Of a DNA stretch of 63,296 bases, positions 38,088-47,441 are shown in pieces. The position numbers were made by a program, and so were the translations under genes. Positions within the stretch are counted from its first letter, which is position 1, and each line of letters starts with the position of its first letter. The notes beneath the pieces are model-generated. The model ran no database searches. It saw only the letters and a list, made by a program, of their open reading frames with translations, and had not been told where the DNA came from. Origin of the DNA: a virus. Its lineage: Duplodnaviria; Caudoviricetes. The stretch is from IMG/VR virus record IMGVR_UViG_3300001242_000003, positions 1-63,296 of that record, one strand, 5' to 3'.

Positions 38088-38116
38088 TTTACAAAGTTAG
38101 TTCTATTTAGTATAAT
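38088..38116 (+). promoter_or_regulatory. SigA-type promoter TTTACA-N17-TATAAT
   Basis: Exact motif. Confidence 0.75.
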
Positions 38117-38219
38117 AGTATTCAAGTAAATAAACCAACCGGAAAGCACCCTGCAAAAAGTATTTGGGGTAATGAGCGGATAAGGTTTAAAAATACAAAT
38201 TTAAAAGGAGGCCATAAAC

Positions 38220-38807
38220 ATGGCAATTAATTGGAAGCCCGGCGAGGCAGTAGAAGCAATTAAAAACGGAGATGGCGCAGCCATAAGTGACATTGGTAAA
38301 AGGTTCCCTAATTTTACAGTAGCAGCAGCTATGGCGCTGGCAGGTAGCCCGGATGGATTTTTAAGAATTCTTGAAGCACTTCCGGAAAGGGTTACTGTAA
38401 GAGTTATTGAAAGCGTTATGAAGGGTGATGCCACTGATGAAGACGGCGATAGCGATGGCGGCGAAGAAAAAGTTAAGGACAAGCCTGCAAAAGAGCCTAA
38501 ATTGACCAAAGCTGGTTTAATGAAAAAGACGCCTAAAGAACTTGTGACCCTGGCGAAAGCTGCTGAAATTGAAATCATGTCCACTAAAAAGTTTAAAGCT
38601 ATGGACGATGATGAAAAGAAAGAAACCCTTGTAGCTGCAATTCTTAAGGCTCAGGCTGCTGCTTCAGAGGTTGACGAAGACGAAAAGCCGGCTAAGAAAG
38701 ACAAGCCCAAGCAAAAAGAAGATGATGGTTGGGGCGATGATGAAGAAGATGAAAAGCCTGCCAAGAAAGACAAAAAAGCCAAGGACGATGACGACTGGGA
38801 CATATAA
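38220..38807 (+). CDS. Charged protein with HeH-like motif and acidic tail
   Basis: AAGGAGG RBS; LMKKTPKELVTLAK; repeated EDEKPAKKDK; ends DDDDWDI. Confidence 0.75.
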   Translation: MAINWKPGEAVEAIKNGDGAAISDIGKRFPNFTVAAAMALAGSPDGFLRILEALPERVTVRVIESVMKGDATDEDGDSDGGEEKVKDKPAKEPKLTKAGLMKKTPKELVTLAKAAEIEIMSTKKFKAMDDDEKKETLVAAILKAQAAASEVDEDEKPAKKDKPKQKEDDGWGDDEEDEKPAKKDKKAKDDDDWDI

Positions 38808-38826
38808 GTTCCCTCGTTAAAACATA

Positions 38827-38865
38827 AACAAAGCAAGCCTGACTTATTTAAGGGCTTGCTTTGTT
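38827..38865 (+). terminator. Hairpin terminator
   Basis: AACAAAGCAAGCC...GGCTTGCTTTGTT. Confidence 0.6.
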
Positions 38866-38886
38866 GTAAAAGTAAGGAGTGAAGCA

Positions 38887-39255
38887 ATGGCAAAGATGAC
38901 GTTAGAAAAGCTGTTAGTATTAGATTTAAGAGTTGAAGGCAATGAAGAGCTTCTTAAAACCGGTTTATCCAAGCTGAAATGGCTTGAAAGATTTGAAGCT
39001 GACGAAATAACGATAGATGTTTTAGAAAAGCTATACAGTAAGCTAATTAAAAAATACCCAGCACATATCGGGTATATACAAGATGCTGGTGATAATAGTT
39101 GGGTATTTATGATTAAGCATAAGGAAACACATACATGGATAAATACAGTGTATGGAATAACATTATTTGAAGGAATGGCTAAAACAATTTTAACCTTTTA
39201 TGGTTATTTTATAAAAGAAAATCCCTTCCATGATACTAAAAGGGGGAACAAATAG
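38887..39255 (+). CDS. Hypothetical protein
   Basis: AAGGAG RBS. Confidence 0.7.
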   Translation: MAKMTLEKLLVLDLRVEGNEELLKTGLSKLKWLERFEADEITIDVLEKLYSKLIKKYPAHIGYIQDAGDNSWVFMIKHKETHTWINTVYGITLFEGMAKTILTFYGYFIKENPFHDTKRGNK

Positions 39256-39704
39256 TGGCTAAAGTAAGAGCGTATACAGACGGTGCTTGCAGTGGAAACC
39301 CAGGACCAGGAGGTTGGGCTGCATTGTTACTCTTTAATGAGAATGAAAAACAAGAAATATCCGGTTATAGCGAGGATACAACGAATAATCACATGGAGCT
39401 TAAAGCAGTTATAGAAGCAATCAAATTAGCTGTTTCACTTGGCTATAAAGATGTAGACATTTATTCAGATGCTGCTTATGTTGTAAATCCTTTTAAAAAC
39501 CAGTGGTATAAAAGATGGGAGCTTAACAGCTGGAAAACAGCTAAAGGCTCAGATGTTAAAAATAAGGACCTTTGGATTAAGTTTAGCAAGTTAGTTAGAA
39601 AATATAGAGGAATAAATTTAATCAAGATTAAAGGCCATAGTGGCCATGAGCATAATGATCGGGTGGACATGTTGGCTAAGAAAGAGATTGAAAGGATGCG
39701 TTGA
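39255..39704 (+). CDS. rnhA: Ribonuclease HI
   Basis: YTDGACSGNPGPGGW, TTNN.MEL, YSD, VKNKDLW, KGHSG...N...D.LA. Confidence 0.95.
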   Translation: MAKVRAYTDGACSGNPGPGGWAALLLFNENEKQEISGYSEDTTNNHMELKAVIEAIKLAVSLGYKDVDIYSDAAYVVNPFKNQWYKRWELNSWKTAKGSDVKNKDLWIKFSKLVRKYRGINLIKIKGHSGHEHNDRVDMLAKKEIERMR

Positions 39705-39790
39705 ATTGACTATTACTAATTACTGGGGAATTTTTTGCATAGTAATAATTTTGCTAATGGTAGTTGGTGGATTAAGTTGCGGAGCGTTAT

Positions 39791-40213
39791 TTGATAAAGA
39801 ATAACGCTTTGGTACCTAGGAGGCTATGCTGGGTGATAAATATTACAGAGAAGTTTTTTGAAGTTGAATTTAAAGACGAAAGCAGTAAACAAGCATATTT
39901 ACAAGCTTGTAAATGGCTTGCTACTAATATGGTTAGTAAAGTTGAAGTCGGTATTTTATACAAAATAGTTAAAAAAATAGACGCTGACTTACCAACTTTC
40001 AAGGTTGAGCTATATTGTTCACTTGAATTATCAAAGTTAAAGAAAGAATTTTGTACTAGATGTAAGGAGTTTCATAAATCTTTTTACATTAATCAAGAAT
40101 ATAATTGTAATGCTTGTAAGCTTAAGGCTTTTCTTGTTGGAAGTAGCCAAAAGTTAGGCATTAAAAGGAGCTACAATAAAGAGAGGCTGAGCTACTTGCT
40201 TGATGGTGAATAA
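39791..40213 (+). CDS. Hypothetical Zn-binding protein
   Basis: CTRC...CNAC. Confidence 0.6.
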   Translation: MIKNNALVPRRLCWVINITEKFFEVEFKDESSKQAYLQACKWLATNMVSKVEVGILYKIVKKIDADLPTFKVELYCSLELSKLKKEFCTRCKEFHKSFYINQEYNCNACKLKAFLVGSSQKLGIKRSYNKERLSYLLDGE

Positions 40214-40257
40214 AGCTTTAGGCATAGTATCAGCCTTTTAAATAAGGAGAAAATGCT

Positions 40258-40914
40258 ATGCCAAAAGTGTTTAGAAAGATATTTACAGAGGAAACCGAAG
40301 AAGAGCTGATGGCAATGACACGCGACGAAGTAACTGATCAGCTTACTGATAAACAAAGGTTGTTTTGCGAAGCGTTTGTAAAAAATTATAATATTCGTAT
40401 TGCTGCAATAAAAGCAGGCTATAATAAAAATACACCTCACGTTATTGGCTGGAAGTTACGTCAGAATCCTGACATCAATCGATACATAGCTTGGTTAAAA
40501 TTATTGGTTGCAAACAAGTTTTTCATTGGTGCAACAGACATAATAGACCAATATGTAAGAATAGCGTTCGCTGATATTACTGACTTTGCTAAAATTGAAA
40601 AAGGAAAGTTAAGAATTATTGACGGAAGCGAAATTGATGGACAGCTTGTAAGTGAAATAAAGTCAGGTAAGGACGGCGTAACGATAAAATTGGTTGACAA
40701 ACTTAAAGCATTAGAAAAGCTCGAACATTATTTTGATGTTATGCCAAAGGACTGGCGCCAGAAAATAGAGGAAAGAAAAGTTGAGATTATGCAGCAGCGT
40801 CTGGAACTTGATAAAGTTAGAGCTGGACAAGGAGAAGAAGAGCTCGCTGATGATGGATTTATTGAAGCATTAAAAAGTTCAGCACAACAAGTGTGGGAAG
40901 ATGAAGTAAAATAA
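40258..40914 (+). CDS. Terminase small subunit
   Basis: LTDKQRLFC...N...AAIKAGY...IAFADI.D...KLKALE.L. Confidence 0.85.
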   Translation: MPKVFRKIFTEETEEELMAMTRDEVTDQLTDKQRLFCEAFVKNYNIRIAAIKAGYNKNTPHVIGWKLRQNPDINRYIAWLKLLVANKFFIGATDIIDQYVRIAFADITDFAKIEKGKLRIIDGSEIDGQLVSEIKSGKDGVTIKLVDKLKALEKLEHYFDVMPKDWRQKIEERKVEIMQQRLELDKVRAGQGEEELADDGFIEALKSSAQQVWEDEVK

Positions 40915-40931
40915 TAAAGCGGGTGATATAA

Positions 40932-41150
40932 TTGCCAAGGTTAACAGCTACCGGCATAATTAAACAAGCAATTAAGGAAGCTAGTTCAATTAATCCTGGT
41001 ATTATAAGTCTGCAGATTGAGGAAATAATGTGGGAGGAATTGAGTAAAACTCATGCCTATGTAAACAATAGCTTAGTGTTTACCAGATTAGCACGTCTTG
41101 GATTTAATAAGTTTTCAGATGTAAAGAAAATGGTCAAGAGGCTAGTTTAA
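40932..41150 (+). CDS. Hypothetical protein
   Basis: GGGTGA RBS; stop overlaps the next ATG. Confidence 0.5.
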   Translation: MPRLTATGIIKQAIKEASSINPGIISLQIEEIMWEELSKTHAYVNNSLVFTRLARLGFNKFSDVKKMVKRLV

Positions 41151-41680
41151 TGCAAAAGTATAATATTATTTATGCTGACCCACCGTGGGAATATAAAGAC
41201 AAAGCGCTTGCGGGAAACCGTGGCGCAGGTTGCAAATATAAAACAATGAAGATTAAGGACATTCAGGCTTTACCAGTACAAAATATGGCTGCTAGTAATT
41301 GTGTTTTGTTCATCTGGGTTACGTGGCCACATTTGCAAAACGGAATTAATACGCTTGAAGCTTGGGGTTTTGTCTGGGTAAAGAAAAACAAAAAGACTGA
41401 TTCATTATTTTGGGGTATGGGAAATTGGACTAGAAGTAATTCTGAGTTTTGTCTTATTGGGGTACGTGGCAAGCCAAAAAGAATTTCGTCTTCAGTTCAT
41501 TCAGTAGTTGTTGAACCGATAGGTAAGCACAGTGAAAAGCCAAATGAAGTTAGGCAGCGTATTGTAAAACTCATTGGTAATAAGCCGCGTATAGAATTGT
41601 TTGCCCGTGAAAAGTTTAAAGGTTGGCATGTATGGGGAAACGAAGTTGAATCAAGCATTGATATAGAAGATTATGAATAG
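41150..41680 (+). CDS. MT-A70 family N6-adenine DNA methyltransferase
   Basis: IYADPPW, LF.W.T.P, G.WTR.N.E, HS.KP, RIELFAR, W..WGNE. Confidence 0.9.
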   Translation: MQKYNIIYADPPWEYKDKALAGNRGAGCKYKTMKIKDIQALPVQNMAASNCVLFIWVTWPHLQNGINTLEAWGFVWVKKNKKTDSLFWGMGNWTRSNSEFCLIGVRGKPKRISSSVHSVVVEPIGKHSEKPNEVRQRIVKLIGNKPRIELFAREKFKGWHVWGNEVESSIDIEDYE

Positions 41681-42193
41681 CCTTATAAATGTCTAGGATG
41701 GCCATACTCAAACGTAAATCTTATCAACAAGATAAGTTAAGTTAAATATAATACAGGCTAATACAAGGCCTTTGAAAGGCGGTGTTAATTATGCGAACGC
41801 GTTTAGCTACTATTAATTTGTAAAATACCAATTTGCCGCGGCGATTAACGCCATTAATATTATCTTGAAAACAAGGAGGAAAGCGTTTGCCACAAAACCT
41901 AAAGTGGACTGCCGGCTTATTAAATCAATGCAGTATTTGCCTAGCTGAGGGGCATAAACTCAGCATTTAATGTTATATAGTTAAGCTTGGCTTAATTGCT
42001 TGTGCCAGCATTTTATCTATTTATTAGTGTAATCCATAATCCTCCATAATTTATTTGTTTATCGTTGCTAACACAACGATATTCTTTTGAGCTAAAGGCA
42101 GTTAAAATCTGCCTTAGTTCTCCAGCAATTAATGTACATAATTTAGAGTAAATAATCCGAACCGATCGGAGTGGATAAAGGAGAGAATAAATA

Positions 42194-42595
42194 ATGCTTG
42201 AATGTCCACATTGCGGTAATACCGAAGTTGATAGATTTAGAGCCATTTCAAAGACAGTTTATGGTCTTGACGAAGTAGGCAAGCAGGATAAACGCAATAT
42301 AGTTTCAGAATGCTTAAAACTTAGATGTACAGCATGTAGAAGAACAGCAGCTAATTGGAGCTATACAAAAGGCCAATGGCTAGTGTTTAAGAAAGGTAGT
42401 ACGGATAAGAAAAAGCGCATTAATCCTGGTGTAAGAAAAGTAAACTCATGTTCAGGTTGTTTAGGAAATGCTGATGGCGGAAATTGCACTAGAACAGTAT
42501 TTCCTGTAAGTGACTGTATTGAAAAAGGTTATTTGCTTCATAGCAATAAAGTTTATAGCATCTTCCAGCGCTTGTCCTTCTCTGCATGTCCATAA
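42194..42595 (+). CDS. Cys-rich hypothetical protein (C-terminus probably scrambled by an inversion)
   Basis: AAGGAG RBS; CPHC, CTAC, CSGC. Confidence 0.55.
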   Translation: MLECPHCGNTEVDRFRAISKTVYGLDEVGKQDKRNIVSECLKLRCTACRRTAANWSYTKGQWLVFKKGSTDKKKRINPGVRKVNSCSGCLGNADGGNCTRTVFPVSDCIEKGYLLHSNKVYSIFQRLSFSACP

Positions 42596-42872
42596 TATAA
42601 ACACTGTGCTTGGATTCTTTTTAAGCTGCGCTTGCATTTTCTTTACCGTTGATTCTATCAAAGTTCCTTTGCTAATATCTGGCCATATGCTGGAGACATA
42701 CATCGTAGATAGCAGGAAAATAGGCGCCAGAGAATACTGGGACGATAGAGCTGTATTAGTAAAAGAAGAAGTATCCGGTTTTAAATTTATTACTAAGTCA
42801 ATTCTTGATCCGCTATTTTATGTATCAGTTGGATTGTTGTTACAATATTTGTTTAGCAGAGTAGGGTGGTAA
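42461..42872. pseudogene. HAD-like phage phosphatase split by an internal inversion
   Basis: Minus strand WPDI...FILWTCREG..LE.A.NF; plus strand DSRKIGAREYWDDRA. Confidence 0.6.
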
Positions 42873-42873
42873 T

Positions 42874-43362
42874 ATGCGAATAGCTAATATAATCCAGTTA
42901 AGTGTAGTTGATGGGCCTGATATAAGGCTTCCTATATTTTTTCAAGGGTGCCAGCATAATTGCAAGGGTTGCCATAATCCTGATACACATAAAGTAGATG
43001 GTGGTTACGAAATAGATGTAAAATCATTAGCTAATATAGTTCTAATGTATTTAGATAATAACCCGCTAATAAAAGGTGTAACTTATACGGGTGGAGAGCC
43101 TTTATTGCAAGCGTATAATCTAGAAACATTAACTGATTTAATAAAAGAAGCAAAACCGGAAATCAACTTTATGCTATATACTGGTTTTATGCTTAAAGAT
43201 GCTTATGTGATTTACTATAGCTTAGTCAGCAAAATGGATTATGTAGTTGATGGAAGATATGTTGAAGAGCTTCGTGATATTAGCCTTAAATTTAGAGGAA
43301 GTTCTAACCAACGAATATATCAAAATGTTTTTGGCACGTTCGTAGATATAACGAATGCATAG
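42874..43362 (+). CDS. nrdG: Anaerobic ribonucleotide reductase activating enzyme (radical SAM)
   Basis: VDGP.IR..IFFQGCQHNCKGCHNP, GGEP, YTG, VDG.Y, FRGSSNQR. Confidence 0.9.
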   Translation: MRIANIIQLSVVDGPDIRLPIFFQGCQHNCKGCHNPDTHKVDGGYEIDVKSLANIVLMYLDNNPLIKGVTYTGGEPLLQAYNLETLTDLIKEAKPEINFMLYTGFMLKDAYVIYYSLVSKMDYVVDGRYVEELRDISLKFRGSSNQRIYQNVFGTFVDITNA

Positions 43363-43834
43363 TATTGCAAAGGAGTGTCGGAAAATGCTTAAATCAATTT
43401 TAAAATGTATTGGAATCGGTAAAAATAAAGAAGTGTTACCACCTAGTTATTTTCTGCCTAGTGAAATGCCTAATAGTGCAATTTTAATTGCACATAGAAA
43501 ATATTTATACAAAGGTTATGTTTACAAGTTTTATTTTAGGGCATTACCAGATGAAGGATTTAATAAATTCTTTGGGCAAGGAGATGGGCGTAACGCTTAT
43601 TTAAGAGAAGAAAAATATCAAGCAAGCGTCGGAGATTTAATGCTTTTTGCGAGAAGCAACTTGTTAAACAGAAAATGTCCTTTGTGTTTTATTGAAAACA
43701 GCATTGTTTTTGACGGTTATGATTTAATGTGCCAAAGATATTATTGTATTAATAAAAAATGCGACGCTGAGTTTGAGAGAAACGGCAGAGGAATATTTTT
43801 GATAAAACCAAGTAGGCTTTATAAACAAAAGTAG
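43355..43834 (+). CDS. Hypothetical protein with C-terminal Zn ribbon
   Basis: CPLC...C....C. Confidence 0.5.
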   Translation: MHSIAKECRKMLKSILKCIGIGKNKEVLPPSYFLPSEMPNSAILIAHRKYLYKGYVYKFYFRALPDEGFNKFFGQGDGRNAYLREEKYQASVGDLMLFARSNLLNRKCPLCFIENSIVFDGYDLMCQRYYCINKKCDAEFERNGRGIFLIKPSRLYKQK

Positions 43835-43951
43835 TGTTAATATATGAATGTGTAAATGTAAAGTAATAACTACTTTTTCTGGTGTGTTACCAGAAGCGTA
43901 GAAGTATAATAAAGGGGTTAATAAAGCTTTTATAGTGCTGGAGGTAACTGA

Positions 43952-44194
43952 GTGAAAATTAAAGCATTTTTAGTTAAGTTGTCCAGAATAATTTTTAAGA
44001 GTAAGCAAAAGGTTCCTTTTAAGTGTTGCGATAATTGTATTAAAAGGAGCAAATTTATTGATAATGGTGTTAGTTTAATTAGTAAAGAAGGAGCCGCTGG
44101 TAGCAATAAAAGGCTTTGTAAAGAGTATTCGCAATTAGTTGCTTTTGAGTGCCAGCAAGCTAATTATAAGTATTGGAAAGGAAGTGCTGAATAG
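43952..44194 (+). CDS. Hypothetical Cys-containing protein
   Basis: GGAGG RBS. Confidence 0.55.
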   Translation: MKIKAFLVKLSRIIFKSKQKVPFKCCDNCIKRSKFIDNGVSLISKEGAAGSNKRLCKEYSQLVAFECQQANYKYWKGSAE

Positions 44195-44412
44195 TGTTAG
44201 AACAAACTAAAGCTTTATGCAATAAAGAAATAATTGAACAGTTTGCTAATAAGAAGTACAATGAAGGTGTAGTAGCTGAAAGGGAAAGGATAGCTAAGAA
44301 ACTAGCTGAAGATGAAAAAATGTGTTGTGAAGCGTTAGATACCAGTCGTTGTTCCGTAAGTAATTGCTTTGAATGCTGGATGAAATATTTAAACGGAAGC
44401 ACTCTGAACTAA
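44194..44412 (+). CDS. Hypothetical protein
   Basis: C..C..CW..YL motif. Confidence 0.5.
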   Translation: MLEQTKALCNKEIIEQFANKKYNEGVVAERERIAKKLAEDEKMCCEALDTSRCSVSNCFECWMKYLNGSTLN

Positions 44413-44579
44413 ATATAGCAGTCAAAGAGTTAATACTTGAAACGGTTACGCTAAATCTTGAATCAGTAAAACAAGCTCGCAGTATAGCAGCTAAAGGCGC
44501 TGAGGTTAGCGCTGAATATTTAAGAATATTAACTAACAATACTGATACATTAGCAGGATTAATATTAACAAAACAATAG
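44373..44579 (+). CDS. Hypothetical protein
   Basis: Ends just before a terminator. Confidence 0.4.
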   Translation: MLDEIFKRKHSELNIAVKELILETVTLNLESVKQARSIAAKGAEVSAEYLRILTNNTDTLAGLILTKQ

Positions 44580-44600
44580 CCCGCCATAGTGCGGGTTTTA
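44580..44600 (+). terminator. Rho-independent terminator
   Basis: CCCGC-CATAGT-GCGGG TTTT. Confidence 0.7.
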
Positions 44601-44722
44601 TTTGTTTATAGCTTTACGATAGCCCTATAAGTTTATATAAGGCTCATACTAAAGAGCTATTAGCCAAAACGTGTTGAACTAAGTACATTTATAAAATAGC
44701 ATTATATTTAATCATAATGCTA

Positions 44723-44751
44723 TTTACAAACTCTTATATATATAGTATAAT
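44723..44751 (+). promoter_or_regulatory. SigA-type promoter TTTACA-N17-TATAAT
   Basis: Exact motif. Confidence 0.75.
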
Positions 44752-44851
44752 AGGTATTAGTTAGTAAATACATAATAGTGTTAGCGATTGGCTTTATATT
44801 AACTAAAGTTTTATTTTATTTAACAATAGGCAGAAGAAAAGGAGGTTAAAG

Positions 44852-45385
44852 ATGCAAAATGTTATTATTAGTCCTAAATGGTTTTTTGATCCCAATGGTC
44901 CTCATGGTATTGCACATACAAAACGCGTAATGATACTAGCTGAAACCATAGCTATAATGTACGGTTGCAATAAGCCAGAAATACAGATACTTAGAAAAGC
45001 AGCAGCTTACCATGATATTGGTAGGGAAAATAATGAAGTAGATGAAAAGCATGGATTTAAGAGCGTAAATAAGGCAATAAAGTTAAAGCTTTTAAACCCA
45101 CATGATTCAGAAATTGATGATATAGCAACTGTTTTAATTCATGAACATTCTTTATCAGATTTAGAAAATTTGCCTGATTCTATTACTGTGAAGTTACTTA
45201 ATATTTTCAAAGATGCAGATGCTTTGGATAGAGTAAGGTTTGGTGATAAAGATTGCGGCCTTAACACTAAATATTTAAGAATGGGGCATGCTAAGCAACT
45301 AATTGGATTTGCTAAGATGTTGTTAGTGCAAATGCCTGAAGTAGTGAAGTCAACAGCATTAGAATATTTGTTTAGTAAAAAGTAG
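44852..45385 (+). CDS. HD-domain phosphohydrolase
   Basis: HG..H..RV, YHDIGR, HG, EH, DADALDR. Confidence 0.85.
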   Translation: MQNVIISPKWFFDPNGPHGIAHTKRVMILAETIAIMYGCNKPEIQILRKAAAYHDIGRENNEVDEKHGFKSVNKAIKLKLLNPHDSEIDDIATVLIHEHSLSDLENLPDSITVKLLNIFKDADALDRVRFGDKDCGLNTKYLRMGHAKQLIGFAKMLLVQMPEVVKSTALEYLFSKK

Positions 45386-45414
45386 TTTACATTTTATTCT
45401 TTTAGTGTTATTAT
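45386..45414 (+). promoter_or_regulatory. SigA-type promoter TTTACA-N17-TATTAT
   Basis: Motif copy. Confidence 0.6.
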
Positions 45415-45436
45415 AGTTCTTGGAAGGGAGGTGTAA

Positions 45437-45607
45437 ATTATTCAGTGGTATAAGCATTTACCTAGTGGCAAATTAGTAATTGTTTTAAATAACGATGTTA
45501 CTAAAGCCACTAGAAGTGCAAACCACCGGAACATTGTTGTAGATGCAATGGGTAATAAGTATTTAGTAGAAGTGAAAGATTTAGTATTAATAGAGGAGGA
45601 TAAATAA
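45437..45607 (+). CDS. Small hypothetical protein with ATT start
   Basis: GGGAGGTG RBS, in-frame TAA directly upstream, stop overlaps the next ATG. Confidence 0.5.
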   Translation: MIQWYKHLPSGKLVIVLNNDVTKATRSANHRNIVVDAMGNKYLVEVKDLVLIEEDK

Positions 45608-45972
45608 TGCCTAAGATATTAGCAATAAAAACAGATGGCACTATTGAAGCTGTTGAATCGGGTGCAGCAAGTACTGAACAGTTTTACAAGTCCTTGAATA
45701 GTGGAGTCCAAGGTTGGATTGAAGTTGTAAGACCAATAACAAGGATACTTGAACAGAATCACGTAATGGTAGTTAATGAAGAAGGGCATTGTAAAAACCT
45801 TACGATTAATCAGATTGGTACAATAATTTATGGTTATGCGCCAATAGTTGGCAATGCAGTTATTTGTAAAGAAGCAATGACTGATGAAGGAATAGACTTA
45901 GTACCATTTGAGGATGCAGAAGTTGAAGCAATAATTAACAGGTTAAAACTTAAATTAGCAACAAACTTTTAG
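45607..45972 (+). CDS. DUF3846-like protein
   Basis: V.GWIE.V...MVVNEEG...L.IN.......Y....IVGN. Confidence 0.7.
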   Translation: MPKILAIKTDGTIEAVESGAASTEQFYKSLNSGVQGWIEVVRPITRILEQNHVMVVNEEGHCKNLTINQIGTIIYGYAPIVGNAVICKEAMTDEGIDLVPFEDAEVEAIINRLKLKLATNF

Positions 45973-45995
45973 GCTCCCGTTAGGGAGCTTTTACT
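45973..45995 (+). terminator. Rho-independent terminator
   Basis: GCTCCC-GTTA-GGGAGC TTTTT. Confidence 0.7.
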
Positions 45996-46005
45996 ATTTT
46001 GTGAG

Positions 46006-47310
46006 GTGTGTTTTATGTCTGTAGAAGTTGTAAAGAATATAGTTAGAGCTGTACTTTTCTTTGTTGCTTTTTCTCTGAAACAAAAGAAAATATTAACTTG
46101 GTGGACAGATGAAAGTCCTTATAAAGATTATAATGGTATTATAGCAGATGGAGCCATAAGAGCTGGTAAAACAGTTCCTATGGCTCTTTCATTTGTATTC
46201 TGGGCTATGGATACATTTAATGGCCAGAACTTTGCTATGTGTGGTAAAAGTATAGGAGCATTTAACAGAAACGTCTGGGCATGGCTAAAGCCAGTACTTA
46301 AGATACGAGGTTATAAGATTAAGGAAGTAAGAACAGGACCTGACAGACGGGTTGATATAAGCTTTAAAGGGCATACAAATCACTTTTATATATTCGGCGG
46401 GCAACACGAAAGCAGCCAAGATTTAATACAAGGTATAACGCTGGCTGGCATATATTTTGATGAAGTTGCGCTTATGCCTGAAAGCTTTGTTAATCAAGGT
46501 ACTGGACGTTGCAGCGTTGAAGGTGCTAAAAGTTGGTTTAACTGTAATCCGGATGCGCCGTTGCATTGGTTTAAAGTAAATTGGTTAGAAAAAGCAAAAG
46601 AGAAAAAGCTCTTGCATTTACATTTCACGATGGATGATAATCCTAGTCTTAGTGAGAATGTTAAAAATAAATATAAATCAATGTATTTTGGAGTATTCTT
46701 TAAGCGTTTTATTCTTGGTTTATGGGTTATAGCCGAAGGCGCTATTTATGATATGTGGTCAGACGAAGAAAATTTGTTTAACGATGAGACTGCTCCGCTT
46801 GGTTTAAAACAAATAGCCAGGCGCTCAATAGCAATAGATTATGGTACTACAAATCCAATGGTATTTCTTGATATTTGGGATGATGGTAAAACGTGCTGGC
46901 AAATAAACGAATACTATTATGACAGCAAGGAAAAAGGCATACAGAAAACAGATTCGCAGTATGCTGATGATCTTGTAGAATTTATCGGTGATGACATGCC
47001 AGATGATATTATTCTTGATCCTTCCGCTGCAAGTTTTAAAGCTGAGCTTAGACAGCGAGGATTTAGGGTTAAGGATGCTGATAATGAAGTTAGAGATGGT
47101 ATCAGTATAGTATCAACTATGTTGGGGCTTAGGCTTTATAAAGTGCATGAAAGGTGTATGATGACACGCTCAGAAGTAACTTCTTATACTTGGGATGATA
47201 AAGCTCGTGAGCGTGGTGAAGAAAAGCCGCTTAAAATAAAAGATCATACCATGGATGCAAAGCGTTATTTTTGTAAAACTAAGATAAAAGCATGGAGGCT
47301 AATAGCTTGA
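46006..47310 (+). CDS. Terminase large subunit (PBSX family)
   Basis: DGAIRAGKT, YFDEV, NCNP, IDYGT.NP, DPSA, DH.MDA.RY. Confidence 0.95.
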   Translation: MCFMSVEVVKNIVRAVLFFVAFSLKQKKILTWWTDESPYKDYNGIIADGAIRAGKTVPMALSFVFWAMDTFNGQNFAMCGKSIGAFNRNVWAWLKPVLKIRGYKIKEVRTGPDRRVDISFKGHTNHFYIFGGQHESSQDLIQGITLAGIYFDEVALMPESFVNQGTGRCSVEGAKSWFNCNPDAPLHWFKVNWLEKAKEKKLLHLHFTMDDNPSLSENVKNKYKSMYFGVFFKRFILGLWVIAEGAIYDMWSDEENLFNDETAPLGLKQIARRSIAIDYGTTNPMVFLDIWDDGKTCWQINEYYYDSKEKGIQKTDSQYADDLVEFIGDDMPDDIILDPSAASFKAELRQRGFRVKDADNEVRDGISIVSTMLGLRLYKVHERCMMTRSEVTSYTWDDKARERGEEKPLKIKDHTMDAKRYFCKTKIKAWRLIA

Positions 47311-47441
47311 TTGAATATGATGTATTTTAAAATGCGATAAAATATATAAAAGGAAAAAGTTTAACAACTGCTAGAATCTTAGTAGGACCTAAACTTCCAA
47401 GAAAAGTGTGCTGTTAAGTAGCAGCTTAAGGTGGTATAAAT

